A stretch of 47,822 nt of DNA from Candidatus Saccharimonadia bacterium (GCA_044234435.1 JBIIIT010000002.1:1-47822); one strand, 5' to 3'; counted from the first letter of the stretch, positions 10,376 through 21,481 are shown. The notes: a model not told the origin generated them from the sequence alone. Made by a program: numbers and translations.

Positions 10376-10559
10376 CGTGTTTTTTTTACCACACCCCCGA
10401 AAGTATCTACTCAAGCTCATTGGTGTTGTTTTGGGAAGATATCACATATAAAAATACCCCCTTATTACAACTATCTTCACAAAACCTGTTCGCTATTTAT
10501 GATACTCGTCGTAGTGCCCAGCGTCTAGACTTGTAATGAATAAAATTATTTAAATCAAA

Positions 10560-10916
10560 CTATTTTTTGAAAATTTTGGTAACTTTTTCGATGTCCACGT
10601 GGTACTTATCCATCCAAACAAATCCAACTACGTAGCTAAGCACTAGTGCCGCAATCGATAAAATTAGGCAGGTTTCGTTGCTTAGATTTAATATATTTAT
10701 GCCAAAGTAAAAGATTGGGGTAAGTATTATGATTATGCACATCGAAAACGCATAAGATTTTAATCTTGTATCTACTTTCAGCCCCATTTCTTTATGAGGC
10801 TTTTTATTTACATAATCGCTTAGCCTTTTGACTTTGTCTCTAGCGGCCCAAGCTTCAGAACAGACATGAATAAATTCATTAATGCACAGGGCCAAGACTA
10901 GATAGTATAAATTCAT
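10560..10916 (-). CDS. Hypothetical membrane protein (118 aa)
   Basis: ORF with 2-3 hydrophobic helices. No recognisable family. Confidence 0.45.
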   Translation of the reverse strand: MNLYYLVLALCINEFIHVCSEAWAARDKVKRLSDYVNKKPHKEMGLKVDTRLKSYAFSMCIIIILTPIFYFGINILNLSNETCLILSIAALVLSYVVGFVWMDKYHVDIEKVTKIFKK

Positions 10917-11016
10917 TATAAAATATTATAACAATATTATAGCAATTTTAATAAACCAAAACTATTTAGATACATTTATGTTTGCTATATAATATGGAGC
11001 ATAAAAGGTTTATTAA

Positions 11017-11712
11017 GTGCAAGAAGAAAATCAAGAAGACAAAAAAAATATAGATCTGAATGTCGGTAAAAAGCAAGAGCAAAGTGTCCAGGGAAATGAA
11101 GATAAGATTGATACAACAAGTATTTACCCTGATGCTAAGCCTGAGGCGGAGAGAAAACAGTTTAACGGTGTTTTAAACTATGAAAATCCAGCTCCTAGCA
11201 GTTTAATGGCCCTTAAACCGATTATTATCATATTTATTCTGCTGGCAATTAGTAGCTATTTATTAACTAGAATTAATACCTATCTGATCGTTTTTTATTA
11301 TTTATTCCCACTTTTATTTGCTTCGTTATTCAGCTTTTTATTATTGATTAGAAAGAATTTCATAAGAATTGTTGTGATAATTGCAATGCTCCTATCAGTG
11401 GCAGCTTCTTCATACTTACTATACATGGGCATTAGCCTGCAAATAGGTCTTAATAAGAAGCAGGCCGACTTAAGCAGAAAGATAAATACTTACAATGAAG
11501 CCGCACTCAATAGTGGACTTTGGAATCAAAGAAACCAGGCTTATGAAAATCTCGACAAAGCTTCCCAAAATACCACAGACTATTTAAACGGAACTTATTT
11601 AACTAGCAATATAATTGGGTCATTTTATATTTTATACACATTATTGATATTTATTTATCTACTCAGGCCTAACGTTGCTAAATACTATAAAACCGGCAAA
11701 AAGGAGGATTGA
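11017..11712 (+). CDS. Hypothetical polytopic membrane protein (231 aa, GTG start)
   Basis: Charged N-terminus followed by several TM helices. Its stop overlaps the next start (TGATG). Start codon uncertain. Confidence 0.5.
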   Translation: MQEENQEDKKNIDLNVGKKQEQSVQGNEDKIDTTSIYPDAKPEAERKQFNGVLNYENPAPSSLMALKPIIIIFILLAISSYLLTRINTYLIVFYYLFPLLFASLFSFLLLIRKNFIRIVVIIAMLLSVAASSYLLYMGISLQIGLNKKQADLSRKINTYNEAALNSGLWNQRNQAYENLDKASQNTTDYLNGTYLTSNIIGSFYILYTLLIFIYLLRPNVAKYYKTGKKED

Positions 11713-12518
11713 TGAAAGTTAAGAATAAAGTATTTGTAGTGACTGGTGCTGGTAGCGGCATAGGCCGTGAAATTACCAAGGCAATAATAAATAAAGGTGG
11801 TAGGGTAGCGGGCGTGGATCTGAGAAAAGACGGGCTTGAAGAGCTAAAAACCCAACTTGGTGAGCAGGGTGAAAAATTATCTATTCACGAGGCAAGCGTA
11901 GCAGACAAAAAGGCTGTCGAAGCATTGCCAAAAGAAATCATGAAGACTCAGGGGCAGGTGGATGGATTGGTAAATAACGCCGGTATTATCCAGCCATTCG
12001 TAAAAGTTAATGATCTGGACTATGAGGCAATCAATAGGGTAATGGGTGTAAACTTTTACGGGACACTATACATGATAAAGGCATTCTTGCCGGAACTTCT
12101 TAAAAGACCTGCGGCACATATCGTTAACATATCTAGTATGGGTGGCTTTTTGCCAGTTCCTGGGCAAAGTGTATATGGTGCTTCTAAAGCCGCCGTTAAG
12201 CTTTTGACCGAAGGTCTGCAATCGGAACTTATTGGCACAAGTGTAAATGCAACAGTAGTCTTCCCTGGCGCTACAAGCACTAATATAACCAAGAATTCGG
12301 GCGTTAAATCTCCTTTGAGTGAAGAGGATGCCAAAAATTCTAATATTCCAACACAATCACCAGCCGATGTTGCAAAGCTGGTAGTAAAAGCAATTGAGAA
12401 AAATATCCCCAGAGTTTACGCCGGAAAAGATTCGAAGTTTATGAATAAGCTTTATAGATTGAGTCCTAGTTATGCCACTGGCCTAATTGCGAAGCAGATG
12501 AAATCACTTTTGAAATAA
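11709..12518 (+). CDS. Short-chain dehydrogenase/reductase (SDR) family oxidoreductase
   Basis: TGAGSGIG cofactor motif, NNAG, and YGASKAA (YxxxK) catalytic motif. Confidence 0.9.
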   Translation: MMKVKNKVFVVTGAGSGIGREITKAIINKGGRVAGVDLRKDGLEELKTQLGEQGEKLSIHEASVADKKAVEALPKEIMKTQGQVDGLVNNAGIIQPFVKVNDLDYEAINRVMGVNFYGTLYMIKAFLPELLKRPAAHIVNISSMGGFLPVPGQSVYGASKAAVKLLTEGLQSELIGTSVNATVVFPGATSTNITKNSGVKSPLSEEDAKNSNIPTQSPADVAKLVVKAIEKNIPRVYAGKDSKFMNKLYRLSPSYATGLIAKQMKSLLK

Positions 12519-12527
12519 TATTTATAC

Positions 12528-12555
12528 GAAAAAACCCCGCAAATAAATTGCGAGG
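12528..12555 (-). terminator. Intrinsic terminator of GC-rich cassette 1
   Basis: The minus strand reads CCTCGCAA-tttat-TTGCGGGG followed by TTTTTT. The stem contains a G.U pair only in the minus-strand RNA (it is C.A on the plus strand), which supports minus orientation. Confidence 0.7.
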
Positions 12556-12749
12556 TGGGCTATGACCCGAGGGCTTGCTTGGCGAGAGAAGTCGAACTTC
12601 TTCAGCAAACCCCCGGGTCGATCAGTGCCTGGGTCCCTGCGGAGAGGAAGGGTGTGGGCACGTCTGCCAATGCAGGGCCCAGGCTCACGCTAGTGCGTCC
12701 ACTAGCGATTATATGCCGGCAAAGTCAAGCGACGATGCCGGACGAAATA
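12556..12749 (-). other. GC-rich, highly structured 3' untranslated region / candidate ncRNA of cassette 1
   Basis: No ATG and no plausible ORF on the minus strand. At least five stems are present: 12716-12741, 12688-12707 (8 bp with a GACG loop), 12628-12640 pairing with 12672-12683, 12564-12573 pairing with 12610-12619 (10 bp including one G.U), and 12587-12601. Confidence 0.35.
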
Positions 12750-13184
12750 TTAATCGGAAGGAGAGTTAATGCCGGCAGTGCCGGTTTCACTCCGACAATT
12801 TCCGTCTCCGACTGCACTCTGCTGAGTGCCGAAGAGAGAGCTGCCGTTGGAAGGAGGAATTACCTCGATGCCGGAGCATCGTTGGTTTCCTTCCTGCCAA
12901 CTTGCGTAGAGCTTGTAGTCGCTCCACTCAACGGCAATCTCCCGGATGGGGAGGTCGTTGAGCTCGGCGTAGGCTCGAAGCTCTCGCTCGGCCGTGGCAC
13001 GCTCTGTTTCCAGACGCTGGCCGTTGTGGTGAGTCAGCACCAAGAACAAGCTCATTGCCGACAAAGCGAGAACAGTCAGCAGAGTAAAGAAGAACGTCTT
13101 GAGCTTCACCGTTCGAGGCGGCTTGTCGTCGAACTCTTCTTCGCTCTCGATAACTTCCGAATCAATACTTTGGGTTGCCGTCAT
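12750..13184 (-). CDS. GC-rich cassette 1: single-pass membrane protein (144 aa), unknown function
   Basis: AGGAGG (13189-13194) lies 4 nt from the ATG at 13184 (MTATQSIDSE...). The protein has an acidic N-terminal tail, one TM (FFFTLLTVLALSAMSLFLVL) and a C-terminal domain with 2 Cys. Codons are mostly G/C-ending, unlike neighbouring genes. The track start at 13226 falls inside the 5' UTR. Confidence 0.7.
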   Translation of the reverse strand: MTATQSIDSEVIESEEEFDDKPPRTVKLKTFFFTLLTVLALSAMSLFLVLTHHNGQRLETERATAERELRAYAELNDLPIREIAVEWSDYKLYASWQEGNQRCSGIEVIPPSNGSSLFGTQQSAVGDGNCRSETGTAGINSPSD

Positions 13185-13231
13185 GGCACCTCCTGGTTCG
13201 TCAGGGCATACAACACCCTGAATCAAAAGTA

Positions 13232-13260
13232 ATTATAAACTTATATAGTATAAATGTCAA
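13232..13260 (-). promoter_or_regulatory. Consensus sigma-70 promoter of cassette 1
   Basis: The minus strand reads TTGACA (13255-13260), exactly 17 nt, then TATAAT (13232-13237). A 5'-proximal hairpin TCAGGG...CCCTGA follows at 13201-13221. Confidence 0.7.
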
Positions 13261-13286
13261 TAACTAATAGGTGCTAAAATGATATT

Positions 13287-13574
13287 ATGAAAAATACTAA
13301 AAAACATCATTTAATAGATTTATTATTTCGCTGTAAAGATGGAAAATACGTAGTTTTTCAATTTCCCAATCTGCCCTTAATGGTCGCTATTTTTGCTTAT
13401 GGCCTTAGATTGATTATTCCAGCACAGCCCTATAATAATCTTTTAAATGTTTTATTTAATACGGCCTTAATTATATGGGCTATTCTTGAAGTGCTATGGG
13501 GTATTAATCTGTTTAGGCGCCTATTTGGCGCCATTATCCTTGGCTTTGTGTTATTTGGATTGATTATAGGTTAG
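13287..13574 (+). CDS. Small membrane protein (95 aa)
   Basis: Three predicted hydrophobic helices. TGcTAAAAT lies 6 nt upstream of the ATG, with no SD. Confidence 0.5.
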   Translation: MKNTKKHHLIDLLFRCKDGKYVVFQFPNLPLMVAIFAYGLRLIIPAQPYNNLLNVLFNTALIIWAILEVLWGINLFRRLFGAIILGFVLFGLIIG

Positions 13575-13583
13575 AATTAAGCC

Positions 13584-14126
13584 ATGAAAGAACATGTCGT
13601 ATTAGTAGACGAATCTAACGCAAAGCTTGGACTTGAGGACAAATACAAGGTCCATACTGGCGAAACCCCTTTGCATAGGGGATTTTCTCTGTTTATGTTC
13701 AACAAAAAGGGTGAACTGCTTTTGCAGCAAAGATCAGATAGTAAAATTACTTGGCCAGGAATATGGAGCAATTCGGTTTGCGGACACCCTGCAGATGGCG
13801 AAACGGTGCAGCAGGCGGCCAAGCGAAGGGCACAATTTGAACTGGGAATTGAATTGGAACTATCAGACATTCATCTTATATTAGAGGACTACAGATACAG
13901 ATATGAGCATAAGGGGGTTGTTGAGAATGAAATTTGCCCTGTTATGGTCGCGGTCGGTGATTTTGTCCCCAGCCCTAACCCAGAAGAGGTAAAAGATACC
14001 AGATGGGTTAGCTGGAAGGACTTTCTAAAAGAAATTAGTAAACCCAATGAGTATTCGGACTGGTGCCAGGAGGAAGCCAAGTTGCTTAATAAACATCCAG
14101 AATTCAAAAAACTCATCAATCAATAG
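13584..14126 (+). CDS. idi: Isopentenyl-diphosphate delta-isomerase, type 1 (Nudix fold)
   Basis: HRGFSLFMFN...LLLQQRS..K..WPG.WSNSVCGHP..GE...AA.RR...ELG pattern matches type 1 IDI. Confidence 0.85.
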   Translation: MKEHVVLVDESNAKLGLEDKYKVHTGETPLHRGFSLFMFNKKGELLLQQRSDSKITWPGIWSNSVCGHPADGETVQQAAKRRAQFELGIELELSDIHLILEDYRYRYEHKGVVENEICPVMVAVGDFVPSPNPEEVKDTRWVSWKDFLKEISKPNEYSDWCQEEAKLLNKHPEFKKLINQ

Positions 14127-14165
14127 TCATTTGCTCAGACCAAGCATAAGGTTTATGATTATTGT

Positions 14166-15068
14166 ATGAATAATGCCATTCAAACAGTCGCATTAAGTAA
14201 AAAGTACGGTAAAAAGTGGGCTATTCGAGGTGTTGATATTGAAGTCCCTAGAGGTTCTATTTATGGTTTCCTGGGCCCCAATGGTGCCGGCAAAACCACC
14301 ACTATACGCTGCTTAATGAACTTTATTAAGCCCACCAAAGGAATAATAAACGTTTTAGGAATGGATTCTCAGGATGATGCCAAAATGATTCACAAGCGCA
14401 TTGGCTATTTAACTGGTGAAATGGACTACTATGAAAACTTAACAGGCCGACAATACATCAGCTATCTCGGCCATTTACAGGGGACCCTAGACAGTAAAGA
14501 AGTAAATAAGTTGGCCAAAAGGCTTAAGGCTGACTTGGGCGCAAAAATAAAGACATTAAGCAGGGGAAACAAGCAAAAGATTGGCTTAATCTCGGCCTTT
14601 CAGCACAAACCAGAGCTATTAGTGCTAGACGAGCCGACAAGCGGTTTAGATCCAATTTTGCAGCGCGAATTTGTCGACATGCTTTTTGAGCATAAAAAAG
14701 CAGGGGGCACTACATTTATTAGCTCACATTTTTTAATGGAAGTGGAACAGGTCTGCGATATAGTTTGCTTCATAAATAAGGGTCGGGTTGCAGAACAAAT
14801 GACTCTAGAAAAATTGCACGAAAAATCCATACATGAATTTGATGTAGTGTTTAAAGATAAACCGGCCAATAAAGCGATGCTAGATGGAGTTAAGGGCATA
14901 AAGGAGCTAAAGATTGATGGCAACTTTATGCACTGTCACATAGCAGGCTCAGTTGATAATTTTTTAAAGGCTATTGCCAAGCAACCGGTCAGAAGCTTAC
15001 GAACCAGAGAGCTTGATTTAGAAGAAATATTCTTAAAAATGTATGGCAAGGATGTGCCTAATGTTTAG
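14166..15068 (+). CDS. ABC transporter ATP-binding protein (ABC-2 type exporter)
   Basis: Walker A GPNGAGKTT, signature LSRGNKQK, Walker B LLVLDEPTSGLD. Confidence 0.9.
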   Translation: MNNAIQTVALSKKYGKKWAIRGVDIEVPRGSIYGFLGPNGAGKTTTIRCLMNFIKPTKGIINVLGMDSQDDAKMIHKRIGYLTGEMDYYENLTGRQYISYLGHLQGTLDSKEVNKLAKRLKADLGAKIKTLSRGNKQKIGLISAFQHKPELLVLDEPTSGLDPILQREFVDMLFEHKKAGGTTFISSHFLMEVEQVCDIVCFINKGRVAEQMTLEKLHEKSIHEFDVVFKDKPANKAMLDGVKGIKELKIDGNFMHCHIAGSVDNFLKAIAKQPVRSLRTRELDLEEIFLKMYGKDVPNV

Positions 15069-15851
15069 AATTCCAACTCTTAAAACTATCTATGACAAGC
15101 GTTGGGTTATTCTGGCCTGGTCTTTGGGTGCGTTTGCGATGAATTTGCTTATAACTTGGATTTTCCCAGATTTTAAAAACCCCCAGCTGGTGGAGGTATT
15201 TAAAAACCTGCCAGAATCGCTACAGGCTTTTTCGGGATCATTAGATATTGGAACAATTGATAAGTACTTAGATAGCCAGGTATTTTTCAATAACGGATCG
15301 TTTATTTTTTGGATTTTAGGAATCAGCATGGGGGTAAATTTACTTGCCACAGATGAAGATAAGGGCACGCTAGAGACCACACTATCTACTAAAATATCTA
15401 GAAATAGACTTTATATAGAAAAGTTTGTAGCCATGCTTTTGATATTTTTAATTGTGAATATTGCAGGAACCTTGGCAATATGGGTTGGTCTACAAATAAT
15501 TAACGAGTCGGTAAGTGTACTCAGGCTGGTGCAAGCCACACTTATGTTATTTGTGTTTACTTCATTGTTGGGAGCATTTTCTTTTTCTGTCGGGGCACTA
15601 TCGGGAAGGAAAAATTTGGCTATTGGGATTCCGACTCTAACTTTAGTAATTATGTTTTTGGTATATACATTTTCTCAAACCGTGGACTGGATGAAGAATT
15701 GGGATAAATTTACCTGGAATTATTATTATGCTAATGGGCAAACAGTATTAAAGGGTATTTCTTACTGGGACTTATCAGTGTTAATTATTTCTTTTGCAGT
15801 GTTTTTTGCTATTGGAATCATACTTTTTAATAAAAGAGACCTAAGAAAATA

Positions 15852-15852
<1 letters not shown>
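15061..15852 (+). CDS. ABC-2 family transporter permease
   Basis: Six-TM protein immediately following the ATPase. The ATG at 15061 overlaps the ATPase stop (AATGTTTAG). The track start at 15043 is less likely. Confidence 0.7.
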
Positions 15853-18291
<2,439 letters not shown>

Positions 18292-18404
18292 GACTCTCCT
18301 TGTGTGGGTGGGGTAGTTATTAATTTATAAAGCAATAACGCCTATTAATCAAGCTAAGTTTTGAATTTAGGGGTATAATATCGTTAGCGAGCCAAGGAGC
18401 AAAA

Positions 18405-18809
18405 ATGTCAGAGCTCTATGAAGTTCATAAGGCAATTCGCTACATTTATCCAGAGCAAGCAGTACCTGTAAAGCAAATTGTGTCAGCCCCGACAAGAGAC
18501 CCTTACAGAGTACGTCCAATTTTTGGTGCCATCGGCTTTGACTTTATCAGATTGGTTTTTTTTGAAATCGATACAGGAGAAATGCTTCGCCATATAGTGG
18601 CCGAACCAGAAACTTACTACTGGGGCGACGAAATATCCCTTGAAGAAGCATTGCTTATGAAGGGGCTAGAGGAGATCGACGAAGTGTCGAGCTGTGAGCG
18701 TTTTGTCTATACTGCCTGGGGAGCCTTTATTCCACTAAAGGACAACGAGATGGCCCTACCTTATCCTGAGCTTCCCGAACTACCAGCAAATATGAGGCTG
18801 GATTCATAG
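18405..18809 (+). CDS. Hypothetical protein, paralog A of the 19156 gene (134 aa)
   Basis: TATAAT plus an AAGGAG leader. Shares RYIYPE, GAIGFDF, LRHIV-E-ETYYWG-E, ERF and WG..PLKD blocks with the ORF at 19156. Confidence 0.65.
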   Translation: MSELYEVHKAIRYIYPEQAVPVKQIVSAPTRDPYRVRPIFGAIGFDFIRLVFFEIDTGEMLRHIVAEPETYYWGDEISLEEALLMKGLEEIDEVSSCERFVYTAWGAFIPLKDNEMALPYPELPELPANMRLDS

Positions 18810-18832
18810 CCCCTAAACAGGGGCTTATTTTA
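18809..18832 (+). terminator. Intrinsic terminator
   Basis: GCCCCT-aaac-AGGGGC followed by TTATTTT. Confidence 0.55.
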
Positions 18833-19055
18833 TTATTCGAAATATAAAAAATATAACTGTTCCTAGTAAAAGAGGATAGGCAATAAAAAGCCAAAAATAA
18901 GATGCTATCGAGGTTTTTTTGGTATTTTTTAAGAAATCGTACCAGCCTTTTAGTTTTAAAATTGAGGCTAAATAGTTTAATAATATTGCCGCAATAAGCA
19001 GTAAATAGCCATAAAGTAATAATTTTAGAATCAACATATTGTTTATTTTACACAA
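18825..19055 (-). CDS. Small membrane protein (76 aa)
   Basis: Two to three hydrophobic helices. TAAAAT lies 7 nt upstream of the ATG. Confidence 0.4.
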   Translation of the reverse strand: MCKINNMLILKLLLYGYLLLIAAILLNYLASILKLKGWYDFLKNTKKTSIASYFWLFIAYPLLLGTVIFFIFRIIK

Positions 19056-19155
19056 TTACTGGCTAAAGAAGAAAGTGCATTAAAACTATTGATTTTTAAC
19101 TAATATTATTGTATACTAATCATTACCGCAAGGAGTACCAAGAAAGGGATGTAGC

Positions 19156-19557
19156 ATGCAAGAAAGCGAAGTCTATGAGTCTCAGATTGAAGTTTTTAAG
19201 TGTGTGAGATACATTTACCCTGAAGGGGTAATTCCAATCAGGGATTTCGCGCCTCGATTGAGCGAGAACGCTGCTGACGTCGAGCCTGTGAATGGAGCAA
19301 TCGGATTTGATTTCGTCAGTCTCATTTACTTTGACTTCGAAGATCGTCGCCTGCGACACATCGTGGGCGAAGCCGAGACGTATTACTGGGGCCAGGAGCT
19401 TAGTAGGGACGAACTGGCCAATCTGCCAGATACCGATTTCGTTCTGGAGCGAATCTCTACTGAGCGATTCCTGCTAAGTTCATGGGGCGGCATTGTGCCA
19501 CTCAAAGATTTTGAGCATGGAATCACCCCAAATCTTATTCAGGCTCCAAGCAGCTAA
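19156..19557 (+). CDS. Hypothetical protein, paralog B of the 18405 gene (133 aa)
   Basis: Shares the conserved blocks listed for 18405-18809. Visibly more G+C-rich than typical genes here. Followed by a strong terminator. Confidence 0.65.
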   Translation: MQESEVYESQIEVFKCVRYIYPEGVIPIRDFAPRLSENAADVEPVNGAIGFDFVSLIYFDFEDRRLRHIVGEAETYYWGQELSRDELANLPDTDFVLERISTERFLLSSWGGIVPLKDFEHGITPNLIQAPSS

Positions 19558-19572
19558 CATAAAATACATTTA

Positions 19573-19601
19573 CCCCCGCCTTATCGCGGGGGCTTACTTT
19601 T
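19573..19601 (+). terminator. Intrinsic terminator
   Basis: CCCCCGC-cttatc-GCGGGGG followed by a T-rich tail. Confidence 0.7.
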
Positions 19602-19665
19602 ATCTAAAACACCTACTTTCAAATATGGTAAAATTTAATTGATAATAAATGTGAAAGGAAAAGAT

Positions 19666-20037
19666 ATGCATTTACAAAATCTTGAATCAAAAGCAATTGA
19701 AAACACAACCTTTAGAACGGTTTTGGCTACAGCTAAACATACCCAAGTAGTAGTAATGAGTGTAAATCCGGGAGAAGACATCGGTATGGAAATTCATCCG
19801 AATGAAGACCAGGTATTATATTTAGTTTCTGGCAGGGGGAAAGTTTTTCTAAATGGCGATGAATTTGATTTTAATTCAGGTGACGCTGTGTTGGTGCCTG
19901 CTGGCGCTAAGCATAATTTCACTACAGTCGGTGATGAACCTATGAAAATTATAACCACTTATAGTCCGCCACATCATCCCGATGGAACAGTTCACAAGAC
20001 TAAGGCAGATGCTGAGGTTGCCGAAGCTGAGCATTAA
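19666..20037 (+). CDS. Cupin domain protein
   Basis: G-x5-H-x-H..E-like block (GEDIGMEIHPNEDQ) and a second block VPAGAKHN. AAAGGA SD before the ATG at 19666. The track start at 19639 is a non-ATG extension. Confidence 0.75.
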   Translation: MHLQNLESKAIENTTFRTVLATAKHTQVVVMSVNPGEDIGMEIHPNEDQVLYLVSGRGKVFLNGDEFDFNSGDAVLVPAGAKHNFTTVGDEPMKIITTYSPPHHPDGTVHKTKADAEVAEAEH

Positions 20038-20044
20038 AATGCGG

Positions 20045-21085
20045 CTAGCTTTGATCAACCTTGCTCATAGTTGATATTTTTCTCACAAACATCAACAGCC
20101 ATCCAAATGTGATAATAAAGCCGATTAGCTCGAAAGCAGTCAGGCTGAAGTAGCCTACGACCGAGAAAAGAATATAACAAAATGCAATCAGGGCGAGGGT
20201 TAGGTAAGAGTTGGTGAGGAATGTTTTGTCGATTTTGGGAAATATAAATCTTAAGCTCAGAACTATTACCCCAAAAATAATCAACATCGAGTATCCTAAG
20301 AAATCATGAACTCCCGGAGCTTTATCGTAGGGAAAAATTCCAAGCCCAGCCATATCAATTCCTAAAACTATAAAAAGCAGGCTCAGTATGTTCAGATTTA
20401 CGTCTTTTTTATCAAATATGAATTTGGAGCGCTTTAAGTCGTTAGTGAATTGAGTACTAAGCGCAATCACTAAAAGTCCTGCCATTATAATTGTGAGATT
20501 AAAGCTCAGAGATGATATCCCACTGCCCCAGCCTAAATATGAGAAATTGACCTGCCACCAATTTGGATTATTGTTGGTTAGCATACTAAGTATGATTCCC
20601 GAGACCATAACAATCGAAAAGAGCCTGGCAACAATAGCTGTATTCATACCCATTGCAACAGGGATAATTAAATAAATCAATACGCCCGAATATATTCCTA
20701 CAAAAGCTGAAGATATAAAGGCATCAAGAGCCAAGTTCTTAAAAGAGTTGTTCAGCAGCGATATTAAAAGAAAGCTCACCATTGCGACGGTGATTGTCAG
20801 GGCAATTGTAAGCACGAAACAATTATAAATCAGAACTCCTAGGCGCAGATTTATTTTCCTTTGTCTCAGACCTTTTAAATAAAATGGTGTGAAAGTAAAA
20901 ACGCAAATTACAGCCGCCGAGATAAGCATCATAAGGCCAATAGATATATCGCCAGATAGTGTGATCGCTGGCTTACTTCGGAAAACTACGTAGCTAATTA
21001 TTGTGAAGACCAAGATGCTTGGTATTAGTAAAAGTTCAGCCGGGTTATTGACTGATGAAGCATACTTTTTAATAGCACGAAGCAT
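20045..21085 (-). CDS. Hypothetical polytopic membrane protein (about 346 aa)
   Basis: About 9-10 hydrophobic helices. The ATG at 21085 sits 1 nt after the stop of the upstream channel gene (TAAtATG). The longer track ORF would overlap that gene. Confidence 0.55.
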   Translation of the reverse strand: MLRAIKKYASSVNNPAELLLIPSILVFTIISYVVFRSKPAITLSGDISIGLMMLISAAVICVFTFTPFYLKGLRQRKINLRLGVLIYNCFVLTIALTITVAMVSFLLISLLNNSFKNLALDAFISSAFVGIYSGVLIYLIIPVAMGMNTAIVARLFSIVMVSGIILSMLTNNNPNWWQVNFSYLGWGSGISSLSFNLTIIMAGLLVIALSTQFTNDLKRSKFIFDKKDVNLNILSLLFIVLGIDMAGLGIFPYDKAPGVHDFLGYSMLIIFGVIVLSLRFIFPKIDKTFLTNSYLTLALIAFCYILFSVVGYFSLTAFELIGFIITFGWLLMFVRKISTMSKVDQS

Positions 21086-21086
21086 A

Positions 21087-21410
21087 TTATTTCCTTCTTT
21101 TGTTTTTTTGTTTTTCAATTCTTCTTTGAGCTGCAGTTCTGACAATTATATTAAGTGATGCAGCAATAATTCCAACCCCAATTAGAACGTAAAAAATAGT
21201 GAATATTTTTGTAATATCGTTTGTGGGGTGGATATCTCCATATCCCACGGTAGTTATCGTGATGACCGAAAAATAAACCGCATCAAGCCATTTTAGGGGC
21301 ATAAAGTAATGATAAAAAACCGTACCAGTAGCTATTACAGAAACAGCAGTAAGAACTACCCACTTGAATTTGAGTGCTTCTGATTCGGATTTTGTAGTCT
21401 TTTTGTTCAT
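21087..21410 (-). CDS. Minimal two-TM potassium channel (KcsA-like pore)
   Basis: Canonical selectivity filter TTVGYGD between two TM helices. 107 aa. Confidence 0.85.
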   Translation of the reverse strand: MNKKTTKSESEALKFKWVVLTAVSVIATGTVFYHYFMPLKWLDAVYFSVITITTVGYGDIHPTNDITKIFTIFYVLIGVGIIAASLNIIVRTAAQRRIEKQKNKRRK

Positions 21411-21481
21411 TTATTGTAATTTATACAGTATTTTGGGGCTTTAATCTAGCTTATAGTACTTATGTAATATATTATACCATT

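Noticed and set aside
10340-10528. 62-aa plus-strand ORF in the nrdA upstream region
   Set aside because: It lies in the promoter/operator region, has no SD, and its product has an odd Cys/His/Tyr-rich composition.
12575-12625. tmRNA-like 5' resemblance on the minus strand (GGGGG..UG..G-UUCGAC)
   Set aside because: Only about 60 nt remain before the terminator. There is no tRNA-like 3' end (T-arm/CCA context) and no tag-peptide ORF. The region is far too short for tmRNA. The island is also too short, and lacks the conserved GGAAAGUCCGG-type motif, to be RNase P RNA.
12555-13232. 225-aa plus-strand ORF (and the 64-aa ORF at 12575-12769) spanning GC-rich island 1
   Set aside because: It is antisense to the well-signalled minus-strand CDS and runs through hairpins and the terminator. 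It has no SD or promoter, and its product is Arg/Gly/Ala-rich low-complexity sequence. This is the usual stop-poor artefact of GC-rich DNA.
20045-21085. Brp/Blh-type beta-carotene dioxygenase (retinal synthase) near the heliorhodopsin
   Set aside because: It is a polytopic membrane protein of about the right size. However, it contains a single His and none of the conserved His motifs expected for Brp/Blh.
21086-21145. N-terminal extension of the 20045 membrane-protein ORF
   Set aside because: It would overlap the K+ channel gene by about 60 nt. An ATG lies 1 nt after that gene's stop.
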